A DNA stretch of 64,000 nt, taken from Camelus dromedarius. Taxonomy: Eukaryota. The notes beneath the pieces were generated by a model. It was not told where the DNA came from. It ran no database searches and saw only the letters and a program-made list of their open reading frames with translations. The position numbers and the translations under genes are program-made. Positions 27,787-41,990 of the stretch are shown here, piece by piece; position 1 is the stretch's first letter; every line of letters starts with the position of its first letter. Where the stretch lies: the NCBI RefSeq assembly GCF_036321535.1, contig NC_087458.1:3472001-3536000 (forward strand), written 5' to 3'.

Positions 27787-28167
27787 NNNNNNNNNNNNNN
27801 NNNNNNNNNNNNNNNNNNNNNNNNNNNNNNNNNNNNNNNNNNNNNNNNNNNNNNNNNNNNNNNNNNNNNNNNNNNNNNNNNNNNNNNNNNNNNNNNNNNN
27901 NNNNNNNNNNNNNNNNNNNNNNNNNNNNNNNNNNNNNNNNNNNNNNNNNNNNNNNNNNNNNNNNNNNNNNNNNNNNNNNNNNNNNNNNNNNNNNNNNNNN
28001 NNNNNNNNNNNNNNNNNNNNNNNNNNNNNNNNNNNNNNNNNNNNNNNNNNNNNNNNNNNNNNNNNNNNNNNNNNNNNNNNNNNNNNNNNNNNNNNNNNNN
28101 GAGCTTTGGTGACGGCTTTCTTCGAGCCCTTCTTGGGCGCCGGAGCAGACTTTGCCGGCTCAGGCAT
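27787..28167 (-). CDS. Histone H2B, mirror copy; mostly masked, integrity unverified
   Basis: Visible N-terminus identical to the left copy; end inferred from 126-aa length. Confidence 0.7.
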
Positions 28168-28396
28168 AACGGCGAGCACAAGCTGCAGGGACAACGGGGA
28201 ACAACCAGGAACGCAAACCCAACGGCAGCACAGAGGCTACCGGAAGCGACTCGGTACTTACACAGGCGGTACGCAAATTAGGGTTCTGACTACGCCGCGT
28301 TGCGATTGGCGAGTTTTCAGTGGCGCTCCTGCGAGGGCGACGAGGTTATGTAAATGAGTGGATTCTGGTTGAGCTATCCTATTGGTTACCAGGTAA

Positions 28397-28924
<528 letters not shown>

Positions 28925-28980
28925 GGCCGGCAAGAAGCCCCCTGCAGTCCTCGTCTCGAAGGGGCACCCGCGAAATCAAA

Positions 28981-28996
28981 GGCTCTTTTCAGAGCC
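28981..28996 (+). terminator. Histone stem-loop of right H2A
   Basis: ggctcttttcagagcc; AATAAA at 29010-29015 overlapping HDE aaagagttg. Confidence 0.95.
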
Positions 28997-30092
28997 ACTC
29001 ACTCTCTCAAATAAAGAGTTGTTGCAGTAGCCATAACAAATGTTTTCAGTTCCACCCTGCTCCAGTGGTAAATGCGGAGCCCAGGGATAGGAAGACTGGC
29101 GGGGGGGAGGGAGTACTACTTGCCTGTTCCTCCCAACCGTTCCTCGCCTGTCGAGTTCGAGTGCTTAAACTATCCCCGTATCTTGCTGGGGCGGGGAGTG
29201 GAGGAGTCGTTAAGGCCTAAGGCTTAACGCACGTGGAGGTAGAAAGTTTGGGGCACTACGGTGGGCTCGGTTCAAGTATCCTGTCAGATTTCTACTCCTC
29301 TTCCCCACCCCTCGCCTCCGCTCTCTTAACTGGGAGTCAGGTGCCCAGGGCGCACTTGTAGCTGTTCCCGAGGCCCTTGACCAACACTTGAGGTCTCATA
29401 GTAGGGGGACGTTCCCGCACGCGTACAGCCCACCCTGAACACCCCTGCCGGTTAGGGGAGCGGGCAGTTTCGGGGGTGTGGCACACCTGGGCTTTGGCTT
29501 AAGTGAGCCTACTGTCTTGGGGAGGCGGGAGGTTGGTCAGAGACGTGCCTCCCCGACGCAGATACAGGTCCCCACTCTAGGCTTTCACAGGCGGAGCCTT
29601 GCGCCCGGAGTGGGGGCGGGGCGCAGGTAACTTTCCGCTGGAAAGGCAGGGAAAAAACGACCCGTTAGACCAACTAGAGGGCTCAGAGAAGGTAACAGGT
29701 GTTCACGGGGCGGGGGAACAAACGGGAGATTGCGGTTCAGTTCGGGAGCCAGAAAGCGCGGAAAGGAAGAGGGTATCGCGGGTAGTGTGTTCTAGGGAGA
29801 GAAGGGCTGAGGAACACTCTGACCTAGCTGCTCTCAAAGACGACTCTCCGGCCGGAAGAAAGACAAGGCACGGAAGACTGTTGGCAAACTGGAAAGTAGA
29901 AGGGGGAGGGGCGGTCGAGGGTAGGGAGGGTTCTGCCCAAGCCAATGAGTGGCTCGAAGGTGGGTGGCGTCACAGCCAATGGGCAGCCAGCGCGGGACTT
30001 TTCAATTCTGGTCCCGCCCAATGGGGGGGTAAAAGACAGTGCCTATAAAGAGTGCTGCCGCAGCCCGGGACCCGCTTACTCTCCCTGCGTAG

Positions 30093-30536
<444 letters not shown>

Positions 30537-30574
30537 NNNNNNNNNNNNNGGCTCAAGGTTCCATCACATCCAAA

Positions 30575-30590
30575 GGCTCTTTTCAGAGCC
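30575..30590 (+). terminator. Histone stem-loop of right H3
   Basis: ggctcttttcagagcc plus HDE. Confidence 0.95.
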
Positions 30591-31469
30591 ACTCACAACT
30601 GCACTTGGAAGAAGCTGTGCCACTCGTCAGTGTTCTTCCGGCAGACCTTATAATCCGGGAGGAGAGGGCGCTAGAGTGGGCAAAGAATTGGGTGTGCAGC
30701 AAGTAGGCTAGGGGCCAGGTATCGAGCCTAGTCCCTGCCTGCTAGCCGCCTTATCTGGGCGGGCGAGGTCGCCGCTGCTTTCTTGGGCGCGGCCAGGGCA
30801 CCCACTCTTCGCTTCTTGGAGGCGGCCGCGGGCCATCCTGGAAGAGCGGGCTTTGCGCACTTTGGTCGGGCTTTTCCGGGGCGTCTCCGCACTCGAAGGT
30901 GGCCCAGAGCTGTAATCGCGCTGGGAGGTGGGGGGGAGGGGGGAGGGGGGAGTGACACGCTGAGACCACGGAGAGTCACTAGGGGACGCTCGGGATTCGC
31001 GGGCCAGAGCGCGTAGGGGCTGGCCTTTTAGATTAGGCAGCTGAGAGCAGGGGATGGGTGAGAGCCCGCTACCTCCTCACCCACGCGAGAAAGGGCCCCA
31101 CCCTGCGGGGCCCTCCGGCTTGGGAGGGAGGTCGCCCCCTCTGGCTGTCCTAGTTTCTGCCCAGTAAAGTGCGAGATTCCAGCGCCCTAGCTGCTAATTG
31201 GTTGTTGGTAATGTTCGGGCTTCTCAGCGGGAAATTTAGCAGATGCCACTCATCACCTTGCTTACACTCTCTCTCAAAAGTCCTCTGCAGGCCTGAACGA
31301 TTTTCCTAGTCTTTTTTTTTTAACCAAAGACAAAGAATCAGAATAGGAAAGTAGTTTATTACGTTACACCGTCATAGGCAACGTCTTGCCACAAAGATGA
31401 GAGGTGACTGTACAACGTGGGTGGCCGTACAGGGTCTTTTATTGATAGGAAGGGGCTGGTAGGGAAGAA

Positions 31470-31746
31470 GGGAAGAATCCTTCCTTGCCTCTCAGCTTCC
31501 AGTGACTCCTGGCGTTTCTTGGCTTCTGGCAGCATAATTCCAATTTCTACCTTTGTCTTCATATGGCCTTCCTCCTTGTGTCTCTATCCAAATCACCCTC
31601 TCCTTGCTCTTATCCCACCCTCAATGCAGGATGATTTCATCTGAAGACACTTAGTTACATCTGCAAAGACCGTATTTCCAAATAAAGTCACATTCTGAGC
31701 TTCTGGGTGGACATGAATTTGGGGAGGACCCTGTTCAACCCACTAT
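31470..31746. mobile_element. MLT1 (MaLR) LTR fragment
   Basis: ttacatctgcaaagaccgtatttccaaataaagtcacattctg...ttcaacccactata. Confidence 0.75.
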
Positions 31747-32708
31747 AGATGCTGGGCCCTTCGCCTCAGGGCCCTCTGGAAGACTGGTTTTCCCTTTCTA
31801 GGGGACTATGAAGTCTCTATCTCGAAAGGCCCTCAATAGAGTTGCTTACACCTGAGTAGAAAACTAAGATCGACAGCTTTGCCTTTTTCCCGGTGATCCC
31901 CATGTCCATGAGTGTGGAGGCTGGAGGGGAAGCTGCGTCTCCTCTTGGGAAAGTCTAGGCTTCAGGGGCAGTACAGGGAGATGTCTCTGTCCCTTGGCTA
32001 GATGCCTCTGGTAACTATGAGAAAGCCTGAACTGTCTGTTCCCCGGATTCACTTGTCTGGGAAAAGGTGGAATAGAAAAGGCATGGAGCTAGAATAGGGG
32101 CTGAATGTCTATTTCAATATCTGTAAAATGGTGACAATAAATGTAAACACCCCAGAGAATTACCATAGGGATAAAAGGAGATAAATACAGTCCATGCAAA
32201 TTACTTAGAGCAAAGTCTCAACATGGCAATAAATTAATAATTGTCAGTCAATGTAATTAACATGTTAAACACTAATTGATGAAAGTCCTAAATCTTTCCT
32301 TTAGGAACATTACAATCATGTTGTGGAAAGAAAAATACATTGGAAACGTTACATTATCTAATCTCTAGATGATTAGCACGTAGAGATTCTGCTAGATTGT
32401 GGCCCAGACATTAAGAATATTTGGGTTCCTGGGTGTCTTATGAATCACAAAAGCCATCCACTATGTCCTCTCATTTGATTCCACAATAACCCAGGAAAGG
32501 AAAAAGGTTTTTTATTTTACAGGTAAGGAGATTTCTGGTAAAGAAGAGACGACTGGGAATGTGAGTCACCCAGCAAAAACATGGCCAAGATGAAATCTGA
32601 GCCTAAATTCTGTGTTTCTTTCTTTTTTTTTTTTTTTTTTTTTTTAGATTCAAGGCTTCAGGGGAAAGGGATACACACAATAGATACAAATAATATCAGT
32701 ATGTGTCC

Positions 32709-33256
32709 TGTAGGGAAGGAAAAATAATTTCCCCTCTGCCCTTTTGAGTTCTTAGATGGGACCCCCATAATACGAGAGATTAACAAGAAAAAAAAAAAAA
32801 CAGAAGTTTACTAACATGTACACATGGGAAATACTTGGGAAAATAAGTAACTCCCTGAGGTGAGTTAGATTCAGACTTAAATACCATCTTAATAGGGAAA
32901 GAGGAGGGAGGATTGGCCTCTAAGGGGCGAGTAAATGACTTTGGAGGAAAATGAATGGGCCCTGGAAGAACAGATGTGAAGTATGATAGTTTGTGACAGA
33001 GTTTGTCTGGGTGTGATATTGACTTCTAGTCGCCTCTCCTGTGATAAGAATCAGTCTTCCCTGCTCAATGAACCCCACCCCCCAGGAAGGGCATTATGAC
33101 AATTGGGTTCCTTTTGGAGAGTCTGTCCTTAGGCAGATAAGGGAAGTTCAGAGAAAGTCTGTCCCTGTATTTGCTGTTTTTCAAGTACCTACTTCTCAAA
33201 ATTACCAATATGCCAAAGTGGCATATTTTGGGGTGGCATGTTCTGTGACCCTTTCA
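32709..33256. mobile_element. ERV1 solo LTR, MER34/MER39-like
   Basis: tgtaggg...ccctttca termini; homologous to 50-602 in the same orientation. Confidence 0.65.
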
Positions 33257-36200
33257 GTACAGTAGAATAGACTTCTGACCTCAACCCACAGTAAGAAACA
33301 CATTTTACATTGCCTCCTAGACACAATCACACAAGAATACAAGTTGCAACAGATTTCACAAAATGATACTTGCTATTTGTGATACACTCTGGTATTTTCT
33401 CTTCTGCTTCTTAAAAAAGGGCGCTCTCTATCAAGTAAACCAATTTCATACCCCACTAATGAATTACAACCTGTAGTTAGAAAAACACTGGCTAGAGGAA
33501 ACTACAAAGAGTAAAGTAAAAGTCATCTTACTTATCTTTTAAAGTCTTACTATTTCTCTGAACATGCCTTCTGAATCTCTGTTTGCATACACAACCTAAT
33601 GCCTGTCTTTGTGGGGAGGTGATGTCCACATCAATAGCTAGAGTAGAAGGCCTCTTGTGACAGATGGCAAAGAGAAATGCAGGTTCAGCTCTGTGGGAGC
33701 TGAGAATGAAAACCCATTTCCAGCTTAACAAATAAGGGAATCCTTCCTACAGGAGGTGATATTTGAGGTGGGTTCTCAAGAATGCTTAGGCTGTGAGACA
33801 TGTTTAGACTGGGGGCTTGGAGAAGGTGATATAATCCAGAGGGGACAGTGAAAACAAAGACAGAAGAATTGTTGTTGGGCCACGTATAGCATGGACAAAG
33901 GCAGTAATGAGACGTGAGCCGTTAGTATTGGGGACCAGTTTTAGGGGCCTGCCAAACTAGGAGGGCCTAGGTTTTACTCCATAAACAATGTTGGGGAAAA
34001 TGAGATGGGTAAGCAATATACAGGAGAGCAAACACAAAAGCAGTCACTCATGTGGAGATGCTTGAACTCATTAATAATCAAAGAAATGAAAGTGAAAACA
34101 ATGATATTGCCCTACACCAGACAGTCTGGCAAATCTTAGAAAGTCAGCTGACCCAAGTGTTAGCCTGGAAGTGGGCTTCTAGGAGCCCTGATGCCTTGGT
34201 GTTGGAAGTTTGGGCCAACCATTCTGGAGGGGAGCCTGGTACTCCTTCATTCAATAAAGAATAAATAGACCCTAGTAATCGGAGTTCTGGTCCTGAGTTT
34301 TTATCCAAAAGATATTCTTACATAGGTCCATAAGGGAGATGTACAATGATGTTTATAACAGCATTTTTTGTGTTGATGGAGACTTGCAGCAAACCTGGAT
34401 GTGTATCACTGGGAGAGCCAGAAGATCAAATTTAGGGTCTGCACATCCTGAAGGTATTCACAGCACTTCAATCAGCAAAGTGCATGTTCACATCACAATG
34501 TGGAAAGCAAAGAGAGATGCAGGTTGAATTTTGTGGGAGTCGAGCACGAAGGGCCATTTCTACATTAAAAGAAACCCCACTGAAGTGAATGGACACTCCT
34601 TTGAGGGTCAGGGTGCATCTGCAGCCGAGGGTGCTTGAATGGACACAGACCATCTGGCCTCTGAGACTGAGTTTTCTGTTTCCAGTGCCATTCAGCTCCT
34701 TTCTGTTTCCATAGTTATGTCAGCCTAGAAACTAATCAGGTTCTTTAAAGTCCGTTTCCATATACCTGGTCTAATCCTGCAGGGTCTGGCTCTGCCTCCT
34801 TGTGTGACCTCCAGATTTTGCACTTTACCTCCTTGCCATCTAAACACTACCCACACTTGACTTCTTGTAGTGCCTCCTGTCTCCCCACATTTGCTGTCCT
34901 CCACTCTCCTCCAGGCCTCTGCCATGCCACCCTCTGCCTGGAACACTCCACCTTCCGAGCTCTTCCGGTGTCATCCTGAAAGTCCTTCCTCAGAGAGGCC
35001 TTCCTTAACCCCTTAAGTGAGGCCTTCTTCCATTACACTCTCTGGATCTGTACTTCTCCATCTTAACCCTTGTCACATTTTATTATAGTCACTGGTTTAA
35101 TATCTGTCTTTCCTTCTAACCACCAAAAATCTAGGAAGGCAGAAGCTACTCTATTCTGTTTTACCTTATATCCTCACTGCCTAGCAGATTTCCTGATATC
35201 TAATAGATATTCAATAAATCATTGAATGAAAGATGAATTAATTAGATCATACCTAACAATGCTTAGGAGTCAGAGTGGACCTAGAGAGCCTTTCTTATGG
35301 AACTTACTAATGCTAATAGATACTTAACAATTATTTATAAAATCTATAATGACGTAAGGCAAGTGGTTGATGGAGGAAAAGTCTGGGGGCAGAGGAGGAC
35401 ACTGGTAAAGGGGGCAGGAGGGAAGAATTATAAAGGGGCACTAGGAAAGTCTGGCGGGGGTGGATATGATGGATAGGATCGTTATTTTGATTGAAGTAAT
35501 GTTTTCATAGGTCTATATGTCTGTCTACATTTAGCAAATTGTACTTTAAACATGTACATTTTATTGTATGCTAATTATACCTCAGTAAAGTTTTGTTCTT
35601 TTGCTTGTTTTTTTTTTTTTTTAAGCAGAGGTGAGGATGGTAGAGAAATTAATTGAGACGTATCCTTTGAGGTGGAAGATTATAGCCCTGGCTTGAAAGA
35701 AAGAGTTAAAATTCCAAATTCTAACACTTCTTCCTTCCTCACTCTGTAACTTACTTCCTAGCAAACATCATGCCCAGGAGGAGCCCACAACCCATAACCA
35801 GAAGTCTCTCACATTTGTAAAGGTATTTCCACTGGGGAACCTTACGACTCTGGGACAAACTAAACGGAGTGGAGCTACATCCTCTGGGATGGAGAATGAG
35901 AGCACCCCCAACCCCTCCCTCAAGGCTTTCAGCCACCACCACCACCGTAGACTTACATCCAGGGTGCATCCTGAGAATAAAACAGGGGGTATTTATTTTA
36001 ATTTTAATTTTAATTTTAATTTTAAGGTATAGATCTTTCCCCCTAAAGCCCAGGTTTTGGGAGAGAAGAGGAATTTTACTTTCTTAAGTCCCTTTCGCCC
36101 TAAATTAAGAGTTTATTCTCTGGAGAGTTTCTGAGAAGCCTCTCTGTGTCTTAGTTGCCTCATCTGTAAAATGGGAGATAATAGTGACTACTTCATTGGG

Positions 36201-36939
36201 TTCTAGGTACTCTGCAAGTGTTAGCTAAACTTTCTGAAGGACTTTATTTCTTCTAACTTGTTTATAATGCTTCTTGTTGGAGATCATTTTGTTTGTTTGG
36301 GTTTTTTTGGTTTTTTGGCGGTCGTGTATTTTTCAATTCTAAGCATTGACAGTATGGCGATAACAGACTATTTCAGCCCCATTACACCTCTGAGGTAGAA
36401 GTATATTTCACCAATGGTTTATAAATATTCATCCTCCAAATCAGAGGCACCCAGCTTTTCCACAGATCCAGTAGTGGTTGTATCCACTCATTTAACTTAG
36501 AAAATATATTGCAGAAGAATCCAGCCAAACTTTTAAATTAACTGATAACTTTATTAATAATAATAGCATCTACACACATTTGAAAACACACATGTAGGAA
36601 ACATAGATTTATTCAGTCTCTGATAATGTCTGGAGTCCATTTGGATTCATGAAACCCCTGCAATCAACTCCAGGACCTCTTAACCAAAAGCAGAACTGAA
36701 TAACTGATTAGATTGTCAGTGTCTTTATTAGCAAAATCAAGGCTTGGACAGAAAGATTCAACATTCTGTAATTACATGAAATAAAACTAAAATGCAATTG
36801 TCCTCACATTTGAGGATACAAAGGTGAACAATGTTACCTGCACGACCAGTGGACCAATAACTTTACTTCTTGCAATCTTGTTTTTAAAGAGATACTAACC
36901 TAGTTTACCTTACAGGGTCTCCTGAGATAGCGTTGTTTT

Positions 36940-37077
36940 TTAGTTTTGTTTTGTTTTTTTGGTGGAGGGGGAGTAATTAGGTTATCTATATTTGCTTAAT
37001 TTTTTAATGGGGATACTGGGGGTTGAACCCAAGACCTAGTGCATGCACTCTACCACTGAGTTTACCCTCCACCCTGC
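36940..37077 (-). mobile_element. tRNA-derived SINE, camelid Vic-1-like
   Basis: ggggagtaattagg...ggggttgaacccaagacc...gcactctaccactgag: antisense B-box/A-box of a tRNA-derived SINE. Family from recall. Confidence 0.7.
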
Positions 37078-38471
37078 AAGTGAGATATGGTGAGTGTAAA
37101 TTAAAGCTCATCTAGGTGGGGGAACAAGGTATCAGGATGGGGAAGGGGCGTCAGAAAAGGAGAAAGGAAAAGGATCTTTCCAGTGACCAATGTTCTGAAT
37201 TTAATGAAAATCCGAGAGATTAGGCCAAAGTGAGAAGCATAAAGGGAGGACTTCAAATTGCCATCTCCTTCCTTTTTGGCGCAAAAAACAAAACAAAATA
37301 AAAACAAACCAAAAAAACACAAACAAAAAAAAACCAAAAAACAAAAACAAAAAAACAGGCCTCCTCCAAGCTATTGACCTGAGGTGAGGTGACCACGGAC
37401 AGACTTGGGAAGGAGCTCCAAAAACATTTCCATTTTCATCGTGTCTTCACATACATCTAAAGTATACCTCACCCATCCATTAAGAAAGGGGTGGGACAGG
37501 AAAATAAATTCAATGAATTAATTCAAGTGTCCATTGTGTGCCAAGTACTGGTTGGCGCTGACGATACATTGGAAAACCAGACCAGCAGTTTCTGTTAAGG
37601 ACTTGAGAAGAAAGACGATAAAGAAAATAAAAGAACGAGACAATTTCTGACACCCGCCAGGAGGAAGACAAAACACAGTGAGGGGCCAGGACAGGCAGGA
37701 ACGAGAGGCGCAAATTCCTGAGTGGATGACTTGAAAGGATCTCAGAGGATTTTTAAACCCAGACTAAAATGACTAGTGCCTTGCAGTGACCCGAGGCCGG
37801 AGCGTTCCAAGAAAAGAATTAAATGCAAAAAACGATCCACAAACCGAGAAATAATAGGGACTTCAAAGCGCCAAAGTGAGCGGCGGAAACCACAATCTAT
37901 CCATTCTGGAGCCGCGCGTGATTTTGAATATTCATGTCGTCCAATCACGGGAAAGATGAAACCATGCAGCGCGGGCTCCACCCGAAGTACTCCGAACGGC
38001 TGGTATCCACAGAAGGCCACATCGCAGGGTAGAACTGGTGATCCGGCACCCAAGCAGCTGTCGAACTACGGAGAATTCCTCAGGACAGTGACGCAGTGTT
38101 CTCAGGACCCGGGCTTAGTTGTGTCTTGGGGTCCTTCCTCGTTGAAATCACTCACTTCGTTTTAGAACGCCGATGAAACATACCGAACAGAGCCACCAGG
38201 ACAAGAAGTCCGGGAGCGGAGGGTGGGGACAAGCAGTCTTGATATCCTAATTTAGAACTGACTCATAGGAAAGCTAAGCAGCACAGTGAGGGGTTAAGAC
38301 GCGCCCTAGATTAAAAAGCAAAGCCAGTCACGCTCCAGAAACCTCGTCAGATGGGATTAAAAAGCTACGTATACATCTTCCGTGACCTTTAGCCAACTAG
38401 AGTAACTTACTTTGTGAGAAAGAATTGAGAGGGAAGACAAGTGAACAAAGCTCTTTTCTGATTAGGTGGGT

Positions 38472-38487
38472 GGCTCTGAAAAGAGCC
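38472..38487 (-). terminator. Histone stem-loop of H2BC21
   Basis: ggctcttttcagagcc on minus strand; HDE aaaagagct. Confidence 0.95.
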
Positions 38488-38540
38488 TTTGGAGGCAAGC
38501 GGCCCGGCGACTCGTGCGAGCGCCACGNNNNNNNNNNNNN

Positions 38541-38921
38541 NNNNNNNNNNNNNNNNNNNNNNNNNNNNNNNNNNNNNNNNNNNNNNNNNNNNNNNNNNNN
38601 NNNNNNNNNNNNNNNNNNNNNNNNNNNNNNNNNNNNNNNNNNNNNNNNNNNNNNNNNNNNNNNNNNNNNNNNNNNNNNNNNNNNNNNNNNNNNNNNNNNN
38701 NNNNNNNNNNNNNNNNNNNNNNNNNNNNNNNNNNNNNNNNNNNNNNNNNNNNNNNNNNNNNNNNNNNNNNNNNNNNNNNNNNNNNNNNNNNNNNNNNNNN
38801 NNNNNNNNNNNNNNNNNNNNNNNNNNNNNNNNNNNNNNNNNNNNNNNNNNNNNNNNNNNNNNNNNNNNNNNNNNNNNNNNNNNNNNNNNNNNNNNNNNNN
38901 NNNNNNNNNNGGCTCCGGCAT
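38541..38921 (-). CDS. H2BC21: Histone H2B type 2-E; almost entirely masked
   Basis: ATG CCG GAG CC visible; divergent from H2AC20 with canonical octamer and TATA; stem-loop present; end inferred from 126 aa. Confidence 0.8.
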
Positions 38922-39639
<718 letters not shown>

Positions 39640-39667
39640 GTCCTAACAAAGTAGACCAAAGACCAAA

Positions 39668-39683
39668 GGCTCTTTTTAGAGCC
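39668..39683 (+). terminator. Histone stem-loop of H2AC20
   Basis: ggctct-tttt-agagcc; HDE aaaagagct. Confidence 0.93.
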
Positions 39684-39749
39684 ACCCAAGTTCTCAAAAA
39701 AAGAGCTAATGCGCTATTTCGTGATCAGCCCTTTACTTGATACTTTAGT

Positions 39750-39765
39750 GGCTCTTAAAAGAGCC
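39750..39765 (-). terminator. Histone stem-loop of H2AC21
   Basis: ggctct-ttta-agagcc on minus strand; HDE aaagggctg. Confidence 0.93.
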
Positions 39766-39800
39766 TTTGGGGTGAGTAGGGGTGGTGTCAAGCTCCCTAG

Positions 39801-40466
<666 letters not shown>

Positions 40467-41844
40467 AGAAGGTTTTCAAACGAAACGCTGTTCTGTTGTT
40501 TTTTTTAATTGGTAATTTTTTTTTCCAGTTTAGGGTGGTAGGTTCCCCACCCACCCACCCACCCACCAGCTTACAGCGAGGGAAATCCCAAGAAGGGCCC
40601 AAAAGGACTGCGGAGAGCCTCCAGCAGACGAGTTACTACCAGTCAAGGGTACCGGATTCTGAAAATGATTATCCCCTTGAGCCATAAATTACCCTCCAAG
40701 TCTTTCCCTTTCTGTCTACCTCAAAGCCAAACTCCATTAAAGAGTATAGTACTACTAAGGCCATAGGCTTTCAACGTAGTTGTTGCCCGCGGTGTGGCTT
40801 TGCCCCATCCCCACCCGCCTCCGCTCTTCGGGGTCTAGTTGGACCCAGGGCTAGATTAGACTTGTCATTCTCCTTTTGACCTCCAGGAGGCGTCCGATAC
40901 TGCCTTGAAACTTGGCTTTCAAAATGTCGCCCTCCGTCTTTCCTCATTCTCCTATTCCTCTGCCTGTCCCTAAATCCGCGTGTCCACCTGGGTTGTGCCT
41001 CCCTACTGGCCCCTCCCCCACATTCCTCCATTGTTCACTTTTCCGGAAGCCTTACCCACATCCATGCTTTCAACTAACATCCAGATTCATTCCAGCTCAG
41101 ACCCTTATACCCATCTACTTACTGGATACTTCAACCTGCTTGTCCCAACAACTCGACCAAACCAACCGCGAACTCATCCAAACAACCCCTACCCTTTCTT
41201 TACTCTCTTACCCTGAATTGCACCAACAATCTTCCAGATACCTAAGCCAGAAATCTACTTTTCCCTGCGTCTCAACAGCATATCCAATATTACCTTCTTA
41301 ACATATCTTCACGTTTCCTCCACGATCCTCTTGTCTGCGATCATCGCTCACTCAGACTTCAGCAGCCCCTGCAGACCCCTTTGAGTAATAATCCTCCGCC
41401 TACCTTCCATAGATCTTTCCTGAAAGTAAAATCTCCTTAGCTTCCCATCCCTGAGAGTTCTACATCCCCACACCATTTTCACCCTTTCCTGAGTATAGAG
41501 AAAAGAACAGACTTAAATTCTATTCCTTGAGTACTTTTCTGGTGTTCCTCACTTATCCTCACCTTTGTTGAACGGACGTTTATTGAGTACATGCTACCCG
41601 TCAGGCAGTGGATATACGTATGATTGAGACCGATAGACACGACCAACTTCATTTCGGCAATCCGGCGCCATTTCAGGACAAGCCCGAGCTGACAACAAGC
41701 AACAACATCTACCTTCTGCCTGTGTAAAATCCTCCCCGGACCTGAGTGAGAACTACTGGCGGGAGCGTTCATCCTACATGCCCCTCTTTTGGACACGCCC
41801 TTCTCACTTTCAGCATCCCTCATTTGTCACTTTCAGTATCCCCT

Positions 41845-41990
41845 ATTTGCATACGAACCCACCAATCAGCTCCTACCCTTGGGTATAAATACCCAAGCCT
41901 GCGCACGGAGAAGTTGGATACAGTTTGGGGATTTTCCTTTGTGGATTTTTCGTGGTGAAGCAGCTTGTGCTGTTGCGTAGTGCCTGATGC
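41845..41990 (+). pseudogene. Putative relic H2B promoter/5'UTR with GTG-degenerate start and no CDS
   Basis: Octamer, CCAAT, TATAAAT, then gcagcttgtgct...gtgcctga resembling the arm H2B 5'UTR and start. Confidence 0.45.

Noticed and set aside
29150-29282. B-box-like gttcgagt and ggttcaagt suggesting a tRNA gene
   Set aside because: No A-box at proper spacing, no cloverleaf and no Pol III T-run terminator.
40892-40901. gtccgatact identical to the H4 Site II core
   Set aside because: An isolated 10-mer without the flanking IRF or TATA parts or any H4 sequence; plausible by chance in 64 kb.
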